In this document: positions 9,514-18,856 of the stretch, in pieces
How the letters are laid out: each line of letters opens with the position of its first letter
Numbering within the stretch: the first letter of the stretch is position 1
From: Salinimicrobium sp.
GTDB taxonomy: Archaea; Thermoplasmatota; Poseidoniia; Poseidoniales; Poseidoniaceae
Assembly (NCBI GenBank): GCA_964228865.1
Contig: CAXRAI010000071.1
Coordinates: 2,418 to 66,417 of the forward strand
DNA: 64,000 bases
Reading direction: 5' to 3'
Translations under genes and position numbers: made by a program
Notes under the pieces: model-generated
What the model saw: the letters and a program-made list of their open reading frames with translations, nothing else
What the model was told of the DNA's origin: nothing
The model's database searches: none

Positions 9514-10664
9514 ATGGAGGGCCGCTTGGGAATCTCACCGGCCGTGTCCGAGCGAGGCAGGGCCTCAAGATCTGCAAAGGACATGCCGCCGCTGACCAAT
9601 TCTTTGGATTGCTCCTTGCGCTCGGCCATCGACATCTTCGCTCCGAACACCAAGCGCCCTTCTGCGCGTGTCAAGTCGTAGGAAATCAGCGGGGAGAATT
9701 GGTCCATCGCTTGGGATTCGAACACGTCCCGCACCGACTTCCCCCGCACCAATGCATAACCCCACTGGTAGGCGAAGCCCACCAAGGCTGCACCGTACAG
9801 CACCGCGATGACCACCGCCGAGAACAGCACCGGGTTGCCGTTGCGGATTTCTTCCATCATCGCCCGAACGAGCAGGAGCATCAAGCCAAATCCGACCACG
9901 GGTTTGAGCAGCGAATCAAGCCAGAGGTCGATGGGCGTTAGGGAAGCGTTGGCCGGGTCGGCGAAAACGAGGTCCGTTTCGAAGGCCGCCCCGAGCACGC
10001 CAACCAGCGCGAGCAGCACCACGTACAGCAGGATCGCAAGGAGCGCTTGGATGCCGGTTGAATCGATGCGGAAGGTCCAGAGCACAACCAGCCATGCGAA
10101 GAGGCCCAAGAAGGCCAAGCGCGGCGCACGTTGGAAGTGGCGCAGGTGGTGCGAGAGTTCCATCACGTGTTCTCGCGACACCTCACCGGTGTCCAAGGTG
10201 CGTGGAATGTGGATGATCTGCCAATTGGTGAGCCGTCGCAGGATGTTCAACGCCGTGGCCAGAAGGTTGCGCCGGATGAGCAGGAATTCCGTGGCCATGA
10301 AAACGGGGAAAGCCAGCAAAATCACCGGTGCCGCGAGCAGCAAGGCAATGGGGAAGACAAACAAGGCCGGAAGGAGGATGAAGTGACCAAGGCCCAGAGG
10401 ATAGATGGTGTCGGCTTCCAACAAGCGCTGGCGTTGTGGGCTGATGCCGGCTTCCCTTGCGCGGTCATTGAGGGCTGTTCGGAAGGCTTCGAGGGGCATG
10501 CCCGCGTGCAAGATTCGACGTACGTCAGCCCGGTAGCTCATGTTGTCGATGGAAGACCCGACGCGAAGTTGCCACGCGATGCGGAGCGGCAGGGCAAGCA
10601 GCACTGGGATGAGCAGGATGCCCAGCGCAGAAGCAAGGGCGTCCATGCCCGGCTCGGTGGCCAC
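9510..10664 (-). CDS. polytopic membrane protein, unknown function (384 aa)
   Basis: There are multiple long hydrophobic segments and no recognisable family motif. The stop overlaps the start of the peroxiredoxin-like gene. Confidence 0.6.
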   Translation of the reverse strand: MATEPGMDALASALGILLIPVLLALPLRIAWQLRVGSSIDNMSYRADVRRILHAGMPLEAFRTALNDRAREAGISPQRQRLLEADTIYPLGLGHFILLPALFVFPIALLLAAPVILLAFPVFMATEFLLIRRNLLATALNILRRLTNWQIIHIPRTLDTGEVSREHVMELSHHLRHFQRAPRLAFLGLFAWLVVLWTFRIDSTGIQALLAILLYVVLLALVGVLGAAFETDLVFADPANASLTPIDLWLDSLLKPVVGFGLMLLLVRAMMEEIRNGNPVLFSAVVIAVLYGAALVGFAYQWGYALVRGKSVRDVFESQAMDQFSPLISYDLTRAEGRLVFGAKMSMAERKEQSKELVSGGMSFADLEALPRSDTAGEIPKRPSI

Positions 10665-10738
10665 GGTTGGCTCACAACCCTTCCCCCTCTCAATGCATCG
10701 GATGCAACCTTCTTGTTCCGTCGGACTAGGCCACCCAC

Positions 10739-11713
10739 ATGCGCATCGCCATCACGGACGGACTGCACCCTGACGCCATCGCCAAACTCCGCGCCGAATG
10801 TGGCGGTGAAGTGGATGAACTTGAGCCGGAATCACTCGGAGCAGATGGCGGGGTCCCAATCACTGCGCTCATCGTTCGAAGCCGCACCAAGGTGACGGCC
10901 GACGTGATGGCCGCGCTCCCCTCCTTGCGTGTGGTTGGGCGTGCTGGTGTGGGTGTGGACAACATCGATCTGGATGCCGCCACGGCCGCAGGCGTTCGCG
11001 TCGTCAACGCCCCTCGGGCGTCCACCCACTCCGTCGTGGAGTTGACCATGGCCCACTTGCTTGGTTCGGTTCGCTTCCTCGGTCCCTCAGACCGTGCCAT
11101 GCGCGAAGGGCGCTGGATCAAGAAGGAGGCCAAAGGCACAGAGTTGTCCGGAAAGCGGCTCGGCTTGGTCGGCTATGGACGCATCGCGCGAGGTGTTGCC
11201 GCGGTGGCCGTCGCCCTCGGCATGGAGGTGCACGCGTACGACCCTTACCTTCCTGAAGGCGTGGACATCGCTCCTGCCACCACCCTGCATGCAGGCCTGG
11301 ACGATTTGTTTCGGTCGTGCACCCACATCAGCCTGCATTGTGGCCTCACCCCAGAAACCCACCACATGGTCGATGCTCGTCGCCTCAACCTGATGCCGCA
11401 GGTCGGTGCTGACGGCGTGGCCTGCGGAGCCCATTTGGTCAACTGCGCCCGGGGCGGCTTGGTCGATGAACACGCCGCCTCAGCGGCGCTTCGCGACGGG
11501 GTGCTCGCCAGTTTGGCCCTCGATGTGTTTGAGGAAGAACCGGTGGGCTCAGGTCATCCGCTGGTTGAACACACGCGCTTCAGCGGCACACCGCACATCG
11601 GCGCTTCCACCCATGAGGCACAACGCCGCGTCGGCATGGACATCGCCGCTGCCGTGCTCGAGACGCTCGACACAGGCAGCTGCTCCACCGTCGTCAACCG
11701 TGATGTGCTCTGA
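10739..11713 (+). CDS. D-isomer-specific 2-hydroxyacid dehydrogenase (SerA-like, no ACT domain)
   Basis: The NAD-binding motif is GLVGYGRIARGV. Catalytic contexts are NCARGGLVDE and TPHIGAST. At 324 aa it is too short to include an ACT domain. Confidence 0.85.
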   Translation: MRIAITDGLHPDAIAKLRAECGGEVDELEPESLGADGGVPITALIVRSRTKVTADVMAALPSLRVVGRAGVGVDNIDLDAATAAGVRVVNAPRASTHSVVELTMAHLLGSVRFLGPSDRAMREGRWIKKEAKGTELSGKRLGLVGYGRIARGVAAVAVALGMEVHAYDPYLPEGVDIAPATTLHAGLDDLFRSCTHISLHCGLTPETHHMVDARRLNLMPQVGADGVACGAHLVNCARGGLVDEHAASAALRDGVLASLALDVFEEEPVGSGHPLVEHTRFSGTPHIGASTHEAQRRVGMDIAAAVLETLDTGSCSTVVNRDVL

Positions 11714-11777
11714 TCACTTCACCTTCAGCGCACCCTCCCTGCGTGGCTTCCTCCATCCCTGATGCGGTGGCCGAGGC

Positions 11778-12035
11778 ATGGGCCGAAGTGTACCAACATG
11801 GCGGGTGCGTGTGGATCAAGAGTTGCAGGCGTTGGCGCCATACCGACGTTTGTTGCCTCACGATGAACAAGCGGTGTTCGATGACATGCTTGCTCATCTC
11901 CGCCAACGACGCGGAGTGGCTGGTATGCTCCCCGCCCATGACCCGTGGACGCCCCTGCTCTTGACGGCCCTGCTCGAAGCATGGGTTCGCCTTCGGTCCC
12001 TGGAAGATGCCTTGGGGGAACGGGATGCAGCCTAG
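11778..12035 (+). CDS. small helical hypothetical protein (85 aa), coupled to polB
   Basis: The ORF starts at an ATG 64 nt after the dehydrogenase stop. Its TAG stop overlaps the polB start region (ATG 12025 lies within GGATGCAGCCTAG). No family was recognised. Confidence 0.4.
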   Translation: MGRSVPTWRVRVDQELQALAPYRRLLPHDEQAVFDDMLAHLRQRRGVAGMLPAHDPWTPLLLTALLEAWVRLRSLEDALGERDAA

Positions 12036-14388
12036 TTGGTTGCTCGATGTGCACGACGAGGGCACTGGCGTGCTCACGGCATGGGTCCGCCAGCAAGGAG
12101 GGCCGGCTCGCTCGTGGCGTTTTGTGGCTCCGTGCATGCTCCACATCACGGCCATTCCCGAACGTCTCCGTGCGCTTCAGGTGTGGCTTGATCAGCCCGA
12201 GGTTCGGTTGCACTATGGCGTGATGGAATGCACGTCCATCGAAGCCCCGATCGCGTTGGGAGGCCCCATGCATCCTGTGCTCGAAGTGACGCTTCACCGA
12301 CCACGAGAGCGCCTCCGACTGGCTCGCGCCATCGACGACCGAGGGCTTCACCGTCACCACACGTTGCTCTCGGTCGACGTCGACCCAGTCCAAGCCTGGT
12401 TGACGGCCCATGGCATCGAACTCTTTGGTGGGGTGCAGTTCTCGACCGCTTCGCTCAACCCCCTCCCCTGTGCGGACGTCATGCACGATGTGCGCGTGCT
12501 TCGCATGGACGGCGACTGGGACGGTCCGCTGCACGACGGTCGGCTGCGGGCGGTCCACTTGACGCCGGTGGAGGCGGTTGGGTTCACGCCGCTTCAGCAA
12601 ACGGACGTGGTTTTGCTCGAGGCCGCAGATGGGATGGAACGCCTGATGGATGCGTTTGACCGGCACGATCCAGATGTCGTTTTGACCGAGGGGGGCGATG
12701 CCCACCTCTTGCCTGCCTTGCGTCAACGGGCGGAGGCATGGGGTGTTCATCTGCGCCTTGGGCGCTCGGCATCGGCCGTACCGACGCCGACGCGACGAAC
12801 CACCGTGCGTTCGTACGGCCGTTTGCTGCGACGAGGCGGACACCATCGCTTGGAAGGACGTGTGCACATCGACCTTGCCACGAGTTTTCTCGGACGAGAG
12901 GCTGGGCTCCCAGGCTTGATCGAACTGGCGCAGGCTTCTGGCCGTCCTCTTGATGCGGTGGCTCGGCGCTCACCAGGTGCCGTGATCAGCGCCATCCAGG
13001 TGCGTACGGCCATGCAGGACGGCGTGCTGATTCCATGGCGCAAGAACCGACCCGAAGACACCACGACCGGGTGGGACTTGCTTCACGCGGATCGCGGAGG
13101 CCTGCATCTCGACCCGAGGCCGGGCCTCTATGACGACGTGTTTGAACTGGACTTTGCCAGCCTCTTTCCAAGCATCATCGCCACGCGAAACATCTCACCC
13201 GAGACCCTTGGATGCACCTGTTGCACCGGGCACGGTCGCGGCTCCTTTGTCCCGCTTGACCCCGATGACGCCAAGCGGTGGTTTCGACAGCGTTCCGTCA
13301 GTCGACGGTTGGATCCTGGTCCACGCTCACCTCCCGCAGCCTTGAGCGTCCCCGGTCTTGAATTGCGCACATGCCTCCAGCAGCACGGTTTGCTTGGTCG
13401 CGTGGTGGCTCCCCTCATCCGGCGTCGTTCGGAACTCAAAGCCCAACGGACGGGTCCTCGTGACGATGCAGACCGCCGTCAAACGGCCTTGAAGTGGCTT
13501 CTTGTGACGTGCTTTGGATACACAGGGTACCGCAACGCACGATTCGGGCGCATTGAGGCGCATGAAGCGATTTGTGCGTGGGCGCGCGAGGTCATGCTGG
13601 AGGGCATTGAAGCAGCCCGGGCCGACGGTTGGGACGTCGTTCATGGCATCGTCGACAGCTTGTGGATCACCGATGCCTCAGGGCGTGGTTTCAACGAGCG
13701 GGCTGAGGCGGCCCAACGTTTGGCGGACCGCCTTGGGGCCACCACAGGCATCCCCTTGGAGGTGGAAGGCCGCTATCCCGTACTGGCCATTCTTCCACGT
13801 CGTTCCGACGGTGCTGGTGCGTTAACACGGTACTGGGGTTGTGGTTTCGATGCGGTCAAAGTCAGGGGCATTGAGGCAAGGCAGCACTCGACCAGTCCTT
13901 TTGTCAAGCGTTTCCAAACGGAGGCACTCGAAGCCCTTCGCCTCCACGTGCTGGCCCACGGTGTGAGCAAAGACGCCATGGAAGCGTTGTTGCTTGAAGC
14001 CCACGATCGGGCTCGGAACCGTTTGATGACCGGACAGGTTGCTCTGCGTGATTTGCTCGTTGCTCAGCGGGTTGAGCGAAGCCTGGAAGAACGCAGCGTG
14101 AACACCGTGTTGCAGCGCGCCATGTCCCGTTCTTCTCGGTTGGGCTGGCCGGTTGCCCTTGGTTCTCGCCTTCGTTTTGTGGAGGTGGAGGGCAACGACG
14201 ACGGGGTTGTGTTGGCCACAGAGTTGGACGGCATGGCCTCAACCCATCTCAGGCCTGCGCTCGAGGTCCATGTCCGCCGCCTCGACCGGGCGGCGTGGTC
14301 GCTGCTTGCACCGTTCGGCTGGAAGTTGGAGCCCCTTCGACGACCACTCGGCCAAGGTCGGTTGCCCGTGCTCCGTAACGGAGCGTGA
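12007..14388 (+). CDS. polB: family B DNA polymerase, exonuclease motifs not recognisable, variant motif C (PolB2-like?)
   Basis: Motif A is [11 protein letters not shown] (13147-13179). Motif B is [19 protein letters not shown] (13492-13548). Motif C reads HGIVDSLW (13642-13665) instead of YGDTDS. The expected ExoI/ExoII positions read [10 protein letters not shown] and [15 protein letters not shown], without DxE or NxxxFD. An alternative start is ATG 12025. Confidence 0.85.
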   Translation: MPWGNGMQPSWLLDVHDEGTGVLTAWVRQQGGPARSWRFVAPCMLHITAIPERLRALQVWLDQPEVRLHYGVMECTSIEAPIALGGPMHPVLEVTLHRPRERLRLARAIDDRGLHRHHTLLSVDVDPVQAWLTAHGIELFGGVQFSTASLNPLPCADVMHDVRVLRMDGDWDGPLHDGRLRAVHLTPVEAVGFTPLQQTDVVLLEAADGMERLMDAFDRHDPDVVLTEGGDAHLLPALRQRAEAWGVHLRLGRSASAVPTPTRRTTVRSYGRLLRRGGHHRLEGRVHIDLATSFLGREAGLPGLIELAQASGRPLDAVARRSPGAVISAIQVRTAMQDGVLIPWRKNRPEDTTTGWDLLHADRGGLHLDPRPGLYDDVFELDFASLFPSIIATRNISPETLGCTCCTGHGRGSFVPLDPDDAKRWFRQRSVSRRLDPGPRSPPAALSVPGLELRTCLQQHGLLGRVVAPLIRRRSELKAQRTGPRDDADRRQTALKWLLVTCFGYTGYRNARFGRIEAHEAICAWAREVMLEGIEAARADGWDVVHGIVDSLWITDASGRGFNERAEAAQRLADRLGATTGIPLEVEGRYPVLAILPRRSDGAGALTRYWGCGFDAVKVRGIEARQHSTSPFVKRFQTEALEALRLHVLAHGVSKDAMEALLLEAHDRARNRLMTGQVALRDLLVAQRVERSLEERSVNTVLQRAMSRSSRLGWPVALGSRLRFVEVEGNDDGVVLATELDGMASTHLRPALEVHVRRLDRAAWSLLAPFGWKLEPLRRPLGQGRLPVLRNGA

Positions 14389-15096
14389 ACGCAGCGGATG
14401 GAGGAGGCACCATGCCCCTCCTTCGCGGCGAAGGCGGAGCACGCCGTCGTTTCCACTGTTCACCTCCAGTCGACTTTGTGCAATGTTGGCCAGCCTTTGC
14501 GCGCGCCACGCATGCGCCCCTGATCCGTGCCGCCCGTCAATCACGACCACGGTGGTGGCGTTGGCGTGCACGGTGCGTTCCAAGTCTGCGCAGAGGTGAC
14601 GTACCAGGTCCCGTTTCTCCCGGGCCCGCAGTTCATCGTCGTCGAACATGGCCATCGGGGCATCGACCACAACAAGGCGTGAACCGCTGTCTCGCACCTC
14701 ATCAGGAAGCCGTTTCACCATGGCCGCGCATTGGTGTGCGGTGAAGCCTCGAGCGACCCGCAACGAACGGAGGGCCCGTGGTCCGACGCCGAGGCGGGCA
14801 AGCCAGGGTGAAAACCGTCCGGGATCCAGCCGACATGCTCCATCGATCCAGTGCACGACATGACCGCTGGCCAACGCGAGCGCAACCCACGCCTCGGCCA
14901 CGGGGCGTGCACGTCGCCCGTGCCGTCCGTCGCCCACCAGCACGTGGACACCGGGTTGGCGAGGTCGGAACTCGGCCGCAGCACGGGAACGAATCGCGGG
15001 TGCTGGATGCATGGGCTCACCGGACCTTCGCGTCCGCCCGAGGAGGTGGTGAAGCCTGTCGATGACCCGTCGTGGGAAGTGAAGCGCAGGCCTCAA
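14239..15096 (-). CDS. RecA/RadB-fold-like protein with degenerate Walker A (ImuA/SulA-like in logic)
   Basis: The layout resembles RadB/KaiC-type RecA folds. VLVGDGRHGRRA occupies the P-loop position (GDGRHGRR at 14911-14934, no GK[ST]). HVVHWIDGACRLDPGRF, and Walker-B-like LVVVDAPMAMFDDDE. The only alternative ORFs in this 730-nt interval are Arg/Pro-rich junk. The start could be ATG 15012. The 3' end overlaps polB by 150 nt. Confidence 0.6.
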   Translation of the reverse strand: MRPALHFPRRVIDRLHHLLGRTRRSGEPMHPAPAIRSRAAAEFRPRQPGVHVLVGDGRHGRRARPVAEAWVALALASGHVVHWIDGACRLDPGRFSPWLARLGVGPRALRSLRVARGFTAHQCAAMVKRLPDEVRDSGSRLVVVDAPMAMFDDDELRAREKRDLVRHLCADLERTVHANATTVVVIDGRHGSGAHAWRAQRLANIAQSRLEVNSGNDGVLRLRREGGAWCLLHPLRSRSVTEHGQPTLAEWSSKGLQLPAERCKQRPRRPVEAADMDLERRPEMG

Positions 15097-15121
15097 ACAC
15101 CTTCGACACCGAAAGGCATCC

Positions 15122-16279
15122 GTGGAGCAAGGTGGGAAGATCCTTGTTCACTGCGATTTGGATGCGTTCTATGCAGCAGTGGAAACCCTTCATCGGGGTC
15201 TTGATCCGGAAGTTCCGCTGATCATTGGGGCGGACCCAAAATCCGGACGAGGTCGAGGCATCGTCAGCACCTGCAATTACGCCGCACGCGCGTACGGTGT
15301 GCGCTCAGCCATGCCCATCAGCGAAGCATGGCGGCGTTGTCCGGCAGCTCCCGCAGGACCAGCGACCTATGTGCGTGGCTCGCACCGGCTTTACGCGCGT
15401 GCTTCGCGACGGGTGATGTCGCTCTTGCGTGAGGTCGGCGGGCCCTTTGAGCAGGCCAGCATTGACGAGGCATACCTCGACGTCACCGAAGCCACTGGGG
15501 GTGATTGGGACCAAGCGGTGGCCTTGTGCGAGCGTTTGCAGCGTGACGTTGTCAAAGCCACGGGGTTGACCGCATCGTTTGGTCTTGGACCGACACGGCT
15601 CTTGGCGAAAATGAGCAGTGAAGAACGAAAACCGCAAGGGTTGTTCAGGCTGATGCCGGGCGATGCGGCGGATTTTTTCCAGGGCCGTCCGCTTCGAGAA
15701 ATACCTGGCATCGGTCCAGCGACGGCCACCGCCATGCAGGAGTGGGGCGTTCAAACCGTGGACGAGGCCTATGGTCTCGGCGAATTGGCCTTGGCCCGCA
15801 TGGTTGGGCCACGTTTCGCCGCCTGGTTGATGGCGGTGGTTGAGGAGCGCACCAGCGACGACGTCAGTGTCCTCCGCTCTCGAAAGTCCATCGGCAAAGA
15901 GACGACCTTTGAACGCGATCAACACGATGAAGAGCACGTTCTCGAGCAGTTGCTTGCGTTGGTGTCACGGGTCATGGAGCGTGCGTCAGAACTCGGTGTC
16001 GTGGGCCGCTTGGGGGAGGTCAAAGTGAGGTACAAGGGCTTCGAAACCCGGACCCACCGGCGTTCTATTCCCGTCGCCATGGACGATCCCGCGGTCTTCA
16101 AGGCCCTTGCAACGCGTTTGTTCGCCACCAGCCTTGAGCGTGAGCGACCGGTTCGGTTGGTGGGCTTCCGTCTCGGGGACTTGGAAGACCCTCCGACCCG
16201 ACAGGTGACCCTTGAGCGGTTCGATCCATCAGGCCAAACGGTGCATGGACGTGAGCACGGGTCGGAACGCCTCGAGTGA
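15122..16279 (+). CDS. dinB: Y-family DNA polymerase IV (DinB/Dpo4)
   Basis: Canonical motifs are all present: ILVHCDLDAFYAAVE, SIDEAYLDVT, LLAKMSSEERKPQG and the HhH segment IPGIGPATA. The start is GTG at 15122. Confidence 0.9.
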   Translation: MEQGGKILVHCDLDAFYAAVETLHRGLDPEVPLIIGADPKSGRGRGIVSTCNYAARAYGVRSAMPISEAWRRCPAAPAGPATYVRGSHRLYARASRRVMSLLREVGGPFEQASIDEAYLDVTEATGGDWDQAVALCERLQRDVVKATGLTASFGLGPTRLLAKMSSEERKPQGLFRLMPGDAADFFQGRPLREIPGIGPATATAMQEWGVQTVDEAYGLGELALARMVGPRFAAWLMAVVEERTSDDVSVLRSRKSIGKETTFERDQHDEEHVLEQLLALVSRVMERASELGVVGRLGEVKVRYKGFETRTHRRSIPVAMDDPAVFKALATRLFATSLERERPVRLVGFRLGDLEDPPTRQVTLERFDPSGQTVHGREHGSERLE

Positions 16280-18772
16280 TTCGGGAAGTTCCATGCCCTC
16301 AATCGGCTGATTCAACGCGATGCCTTGTTCGCGCTTTGTTGACCACACCAGGCTGTTGAAGGCGGTCACATCGCCGGTCAATTGGCGCAGGTCGTCCCCC
16401 TCGTGCTGCCCTTCAGCGAGGTGGCTGTCGACGTGGGCGGGGAACGCACGTGCCTCCACACAGGAGGTGCCATAGACGGTGCTCGTGATGTGGTGGGTGA
16501 AGAAGGGGCAGACTGGGCTGAAGGCAGTGAGGCTGTCACGCACCACCCGATGAAGCACCCAAGCCGCCGTCGTGTCTTCGTCGTAGAGTCGAGTTTTGAC
16601 CATCTCAAGCCAATGGCTCGGCAAAACTCCGGTCAGGAAATTCTTGAGCGCTTGTGTGGCGGTGTAGATGTCCAATTCCGACCAGGCCTTGCGCGCCGTG
16701 GCCATCACCTTGTGATGTTCTGCCAGGATCCACCGATCCTCTGGTTCAAGGTGCTCAGGTTTCTGCTCAAGGTCCTCAGGGACATCGAACTGAGAGGCAA
16801 AGCGAGCGACGTTGTAGACCTTGGTCAGCACCCCGAAATACTTCTGTTCGATTTCTTCAGGGTTGATGTGGAAGTCGTCACCAACCTGTGCGTCACACGC
16901 CTTCCAAAGCCGGAAGCACTCGCTTCCGATCTTGTTCGCCTTCAGGGCCACTGAGCCTTCTGGACCCTTGATGCGCCAACTTCCCGTCCGCCCTCCTGCG
17001 CCGCATTCGAGAACCGAGTCAGCATCGATGCCGTTCCCGAGGGATTTCGACATTTTTCGCCCCCATGGGTCCATCCCCAAACCGTCGATCCAGACGTGTT
17101 TGAACGCGGGCTGGTCGAGCAGCAGGGCGCTCTTGAGCATCGTGTAGTACAGCCACGTGCGGACGATTTCCTTGCCCTGTGGGCGGAGCGCGGTTGGGAA
17201 GCACCGTGCGAAGCGGTCATCGTCTTCCAAAAGCCCGCTGACAAAGAGGTTGGAGTTCGAGGAGTCCATCCACGTGTCGAACACCTTCTCTTCACCGATG
17301 ACGTCCGAGAGCGTTGCTTTCATGTCGTCCCAGCTGCCGAGGAGCGTCCGGTCGTTCCTGTCGAGCACACGGCTCCCCGCAGGTGGGTCCTCACGCCATG
17401 GTTGCACGTAGGTTCCCTTTGGGGGGACGATCACCTTCGAACCGTCGTCCGCGTACCACACCGGGATTTCCGTGTGGTACCACCTTCGGCGTGAAATGGG
17501 CCAATCGATGGTGATGTTGTCCATCCAATCCAACAAGAATTGACGGTTCCGCGGGGGATGAAACTCCACGTCCTCAACCAGTTCCCTGAGGCGATCTTGC
17601 ATGTGGGTTTGCCGCACATACCATTCCTTCAGGAGGATGATTTCCACGGGGTTCTTGCCACGCTCGGAGACGGGAACTTCCTGCTCTTTTTCAACGACGT
17701 TCGCGATCTTGCCTTCTGACTCCAAGTGCTCAATGGCGGCTGCACGGGCCTCGTGCACGGTCATGCCTGAGAGGGGGCCAGCGAGGGCCGTCATTTGGCC
17801 CTCGAGGTCAATCGCTTGGAAGGGGTCGAGCCCCAATTCACGGAAGACGGCCACGTCGTTCTGATCTCCGAAGGAACACACCATCAACACGCCCGAGCCA
17901 AATTCCATCTTCACGGACGGGTGGGTGCGAACTTCGACGACGGTGTCTCGTCCTTCTGTCGGCATGGGGAGGGCCAAGGTTTGGCCGATCAGATCACGGT
18001 ACCGTTCGTCGTCTGGGTGGACCACCACAACACCGCAGGCGCAAATCATCTCTGGCCTCGTCGTTGAAATGACGACTTCTTGACCGTCGTTGGTGTGCCA
18101 TCGCACGTCGACCAACTTGGTCTTGCGCGTGACGCGCTCGACTTCGGCATCAGCGATGGTGGTGCCTTCGACGGGGTCGTAGATGTTCGGACGGAGGTCT
18201 TCAACCACGGCCCCCTGCTCAAACAGATCGATGAAGATGGCTTGCGTGACGCTCCGGTAATCCGGTGCGTCGGTGAGGTACTCTCGATCAAAGTCACACG
18301 AGAGCCCCACGCGCTTCGCCGTGGTTCGCATGGCCTGCGTGAAGGTTTCAATCGTCGAGGCGCACAAGTCGAGGAATTCCCCACGTTCGTACGTCCGCAT
18401 CTTGCGCTTGGTGTTCTTTTCCACGGTGAATTCGATGTTGATGCCGTTCCGGTCCACGCCCCAAGGGAAGTAGACCTCTTTGCCCAGCAAGCGTTGGCTT
18501 CGGGCGATGACGTCGATCATCGAATACTGAGCGACAGCACCGATGTGCCACGTACCGGAAGGGTAAGGTGGAGGCGTATCGATGACAAAGGGCTCACGCT
18601 CGCTTTGAGGGTCGAAGGCATACCTGGCGTTGTAGGCTTCGGGGTCGCTGTAATGCGCTTCCTGGATGCGCTTTTCGAGGTCGATGCTCCACCGCTTCTC
18701 GTTGAGTCGTGGGGTGGGCATCGCGGTCACCTTGCCCAGAGGGCGTTGTGGCCTCGGGTCGCATCTCTTCAA
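16229..18772 (-). CDS. valS: valyl-tRNA synthetase
   Basis: IDTPPPYPSGTWHIGA sits at the HIGH-motif position. The editing-domain signature is TTRPEMICACGVVVVHPDDERY. The KMSKS motif is KMSKSLGN. ATG 18724 (MPTPRLNEKRW) is a plausible alternative start. The 3' end overlaps dinB by 51 nt. Confidence 0.85.
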   Translation of the reverse strand: MKRCDPRPQRPLGKVTAMPTPRLNEKRWSIDLEKRIQEAHYSDPEAYNARYAFDPQSEREPFVIDTPPPYPSGTWHIGAVAQYSMIDVIARSQRLLGKEVYFPWGVDRNGINIEFTVEKNTKRKMRTYERGEFLDLCASTIETFTQAMRTTAKRVGLSCDFDREYLTDAPDYRSVTQAIFIDLFEQGAVVEDLRPNIYDPVEGTTIADAEVERVTRKTKLVDVRWHTNDGQEVVISTTRPEMICACGVVVVHPDDERYRDLIGQTLALPMPTEGRDTVVEVRTHPSVKMEFGSGVLMVCSFGDQNDVAVFRELGLDPFQAIDLEGQMTALAGPLSGMTVHEARAAAIEHLESEGKIANVVEKEQEVPVSERGKNPVEIILLKEWYVRQTHMQDRLRELVEDVEFHPPRNRQFLLDWMDNITIDWPISRRRWYHTEIPVWYADDGSKVIVPPKGTYVQPWREDPPAGSRVLDRNDRTLLGSWDDMKATLSDVIGEEKVFDTWMDSSNSNLFVSGLLEDDDRFARCFPTALRPQGKEIVRTWLYYTMLKSALLLDQPAFKHVWIDGLGMDPWGRKMSKSLGNGIDADSVLECGAGGRTGSWRIKGPEGSVALKANKIGSECFRLWKACDAQVGDDFHINPEEIEQKYFGVLTKVYNVARFASQFDVPEDLEQKPEHLEPEDRWILAEHHKVMATARKAWSELDIYTATQALKNFLTGVLPSHWLEMVKTRLYDEDTTAAWVLHRVVRDSLTAFSPVCPFFTHHITSTVYGTSCVEARAFPAHVDSHLAEGQHEGDDLRQLTGDVTAFNSLVWSTKREQGIALNQPIEGMELPESLEAFRPVLTSMHRLA

Positions 18773-18856
18773 GCCATCCCATCACAAGGGTGTTGAGCAG
18801 GAATCCGCACGCACCGGCAACAGACTTTCAAACGGCGTCCGCGGACCATGAACTGA

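Noticed and set aside
11725-12867. 380-aa minus-strand ORF overlapping the small ORF and the polB N-terminus
   Set aside because: Its composition is Arg/Pro/His-rich and it has no motifs. The opposite strand encodes recognisable polymerase sequence further on and a coupled small ORF.
323-14388. Inteins in RtcB, PolB or (further on) Topo IA, which are common intein hosts in archaea
   Set aside because: All of these have normal lengths. The sequence around their catalytic motifs is uninterrupted.
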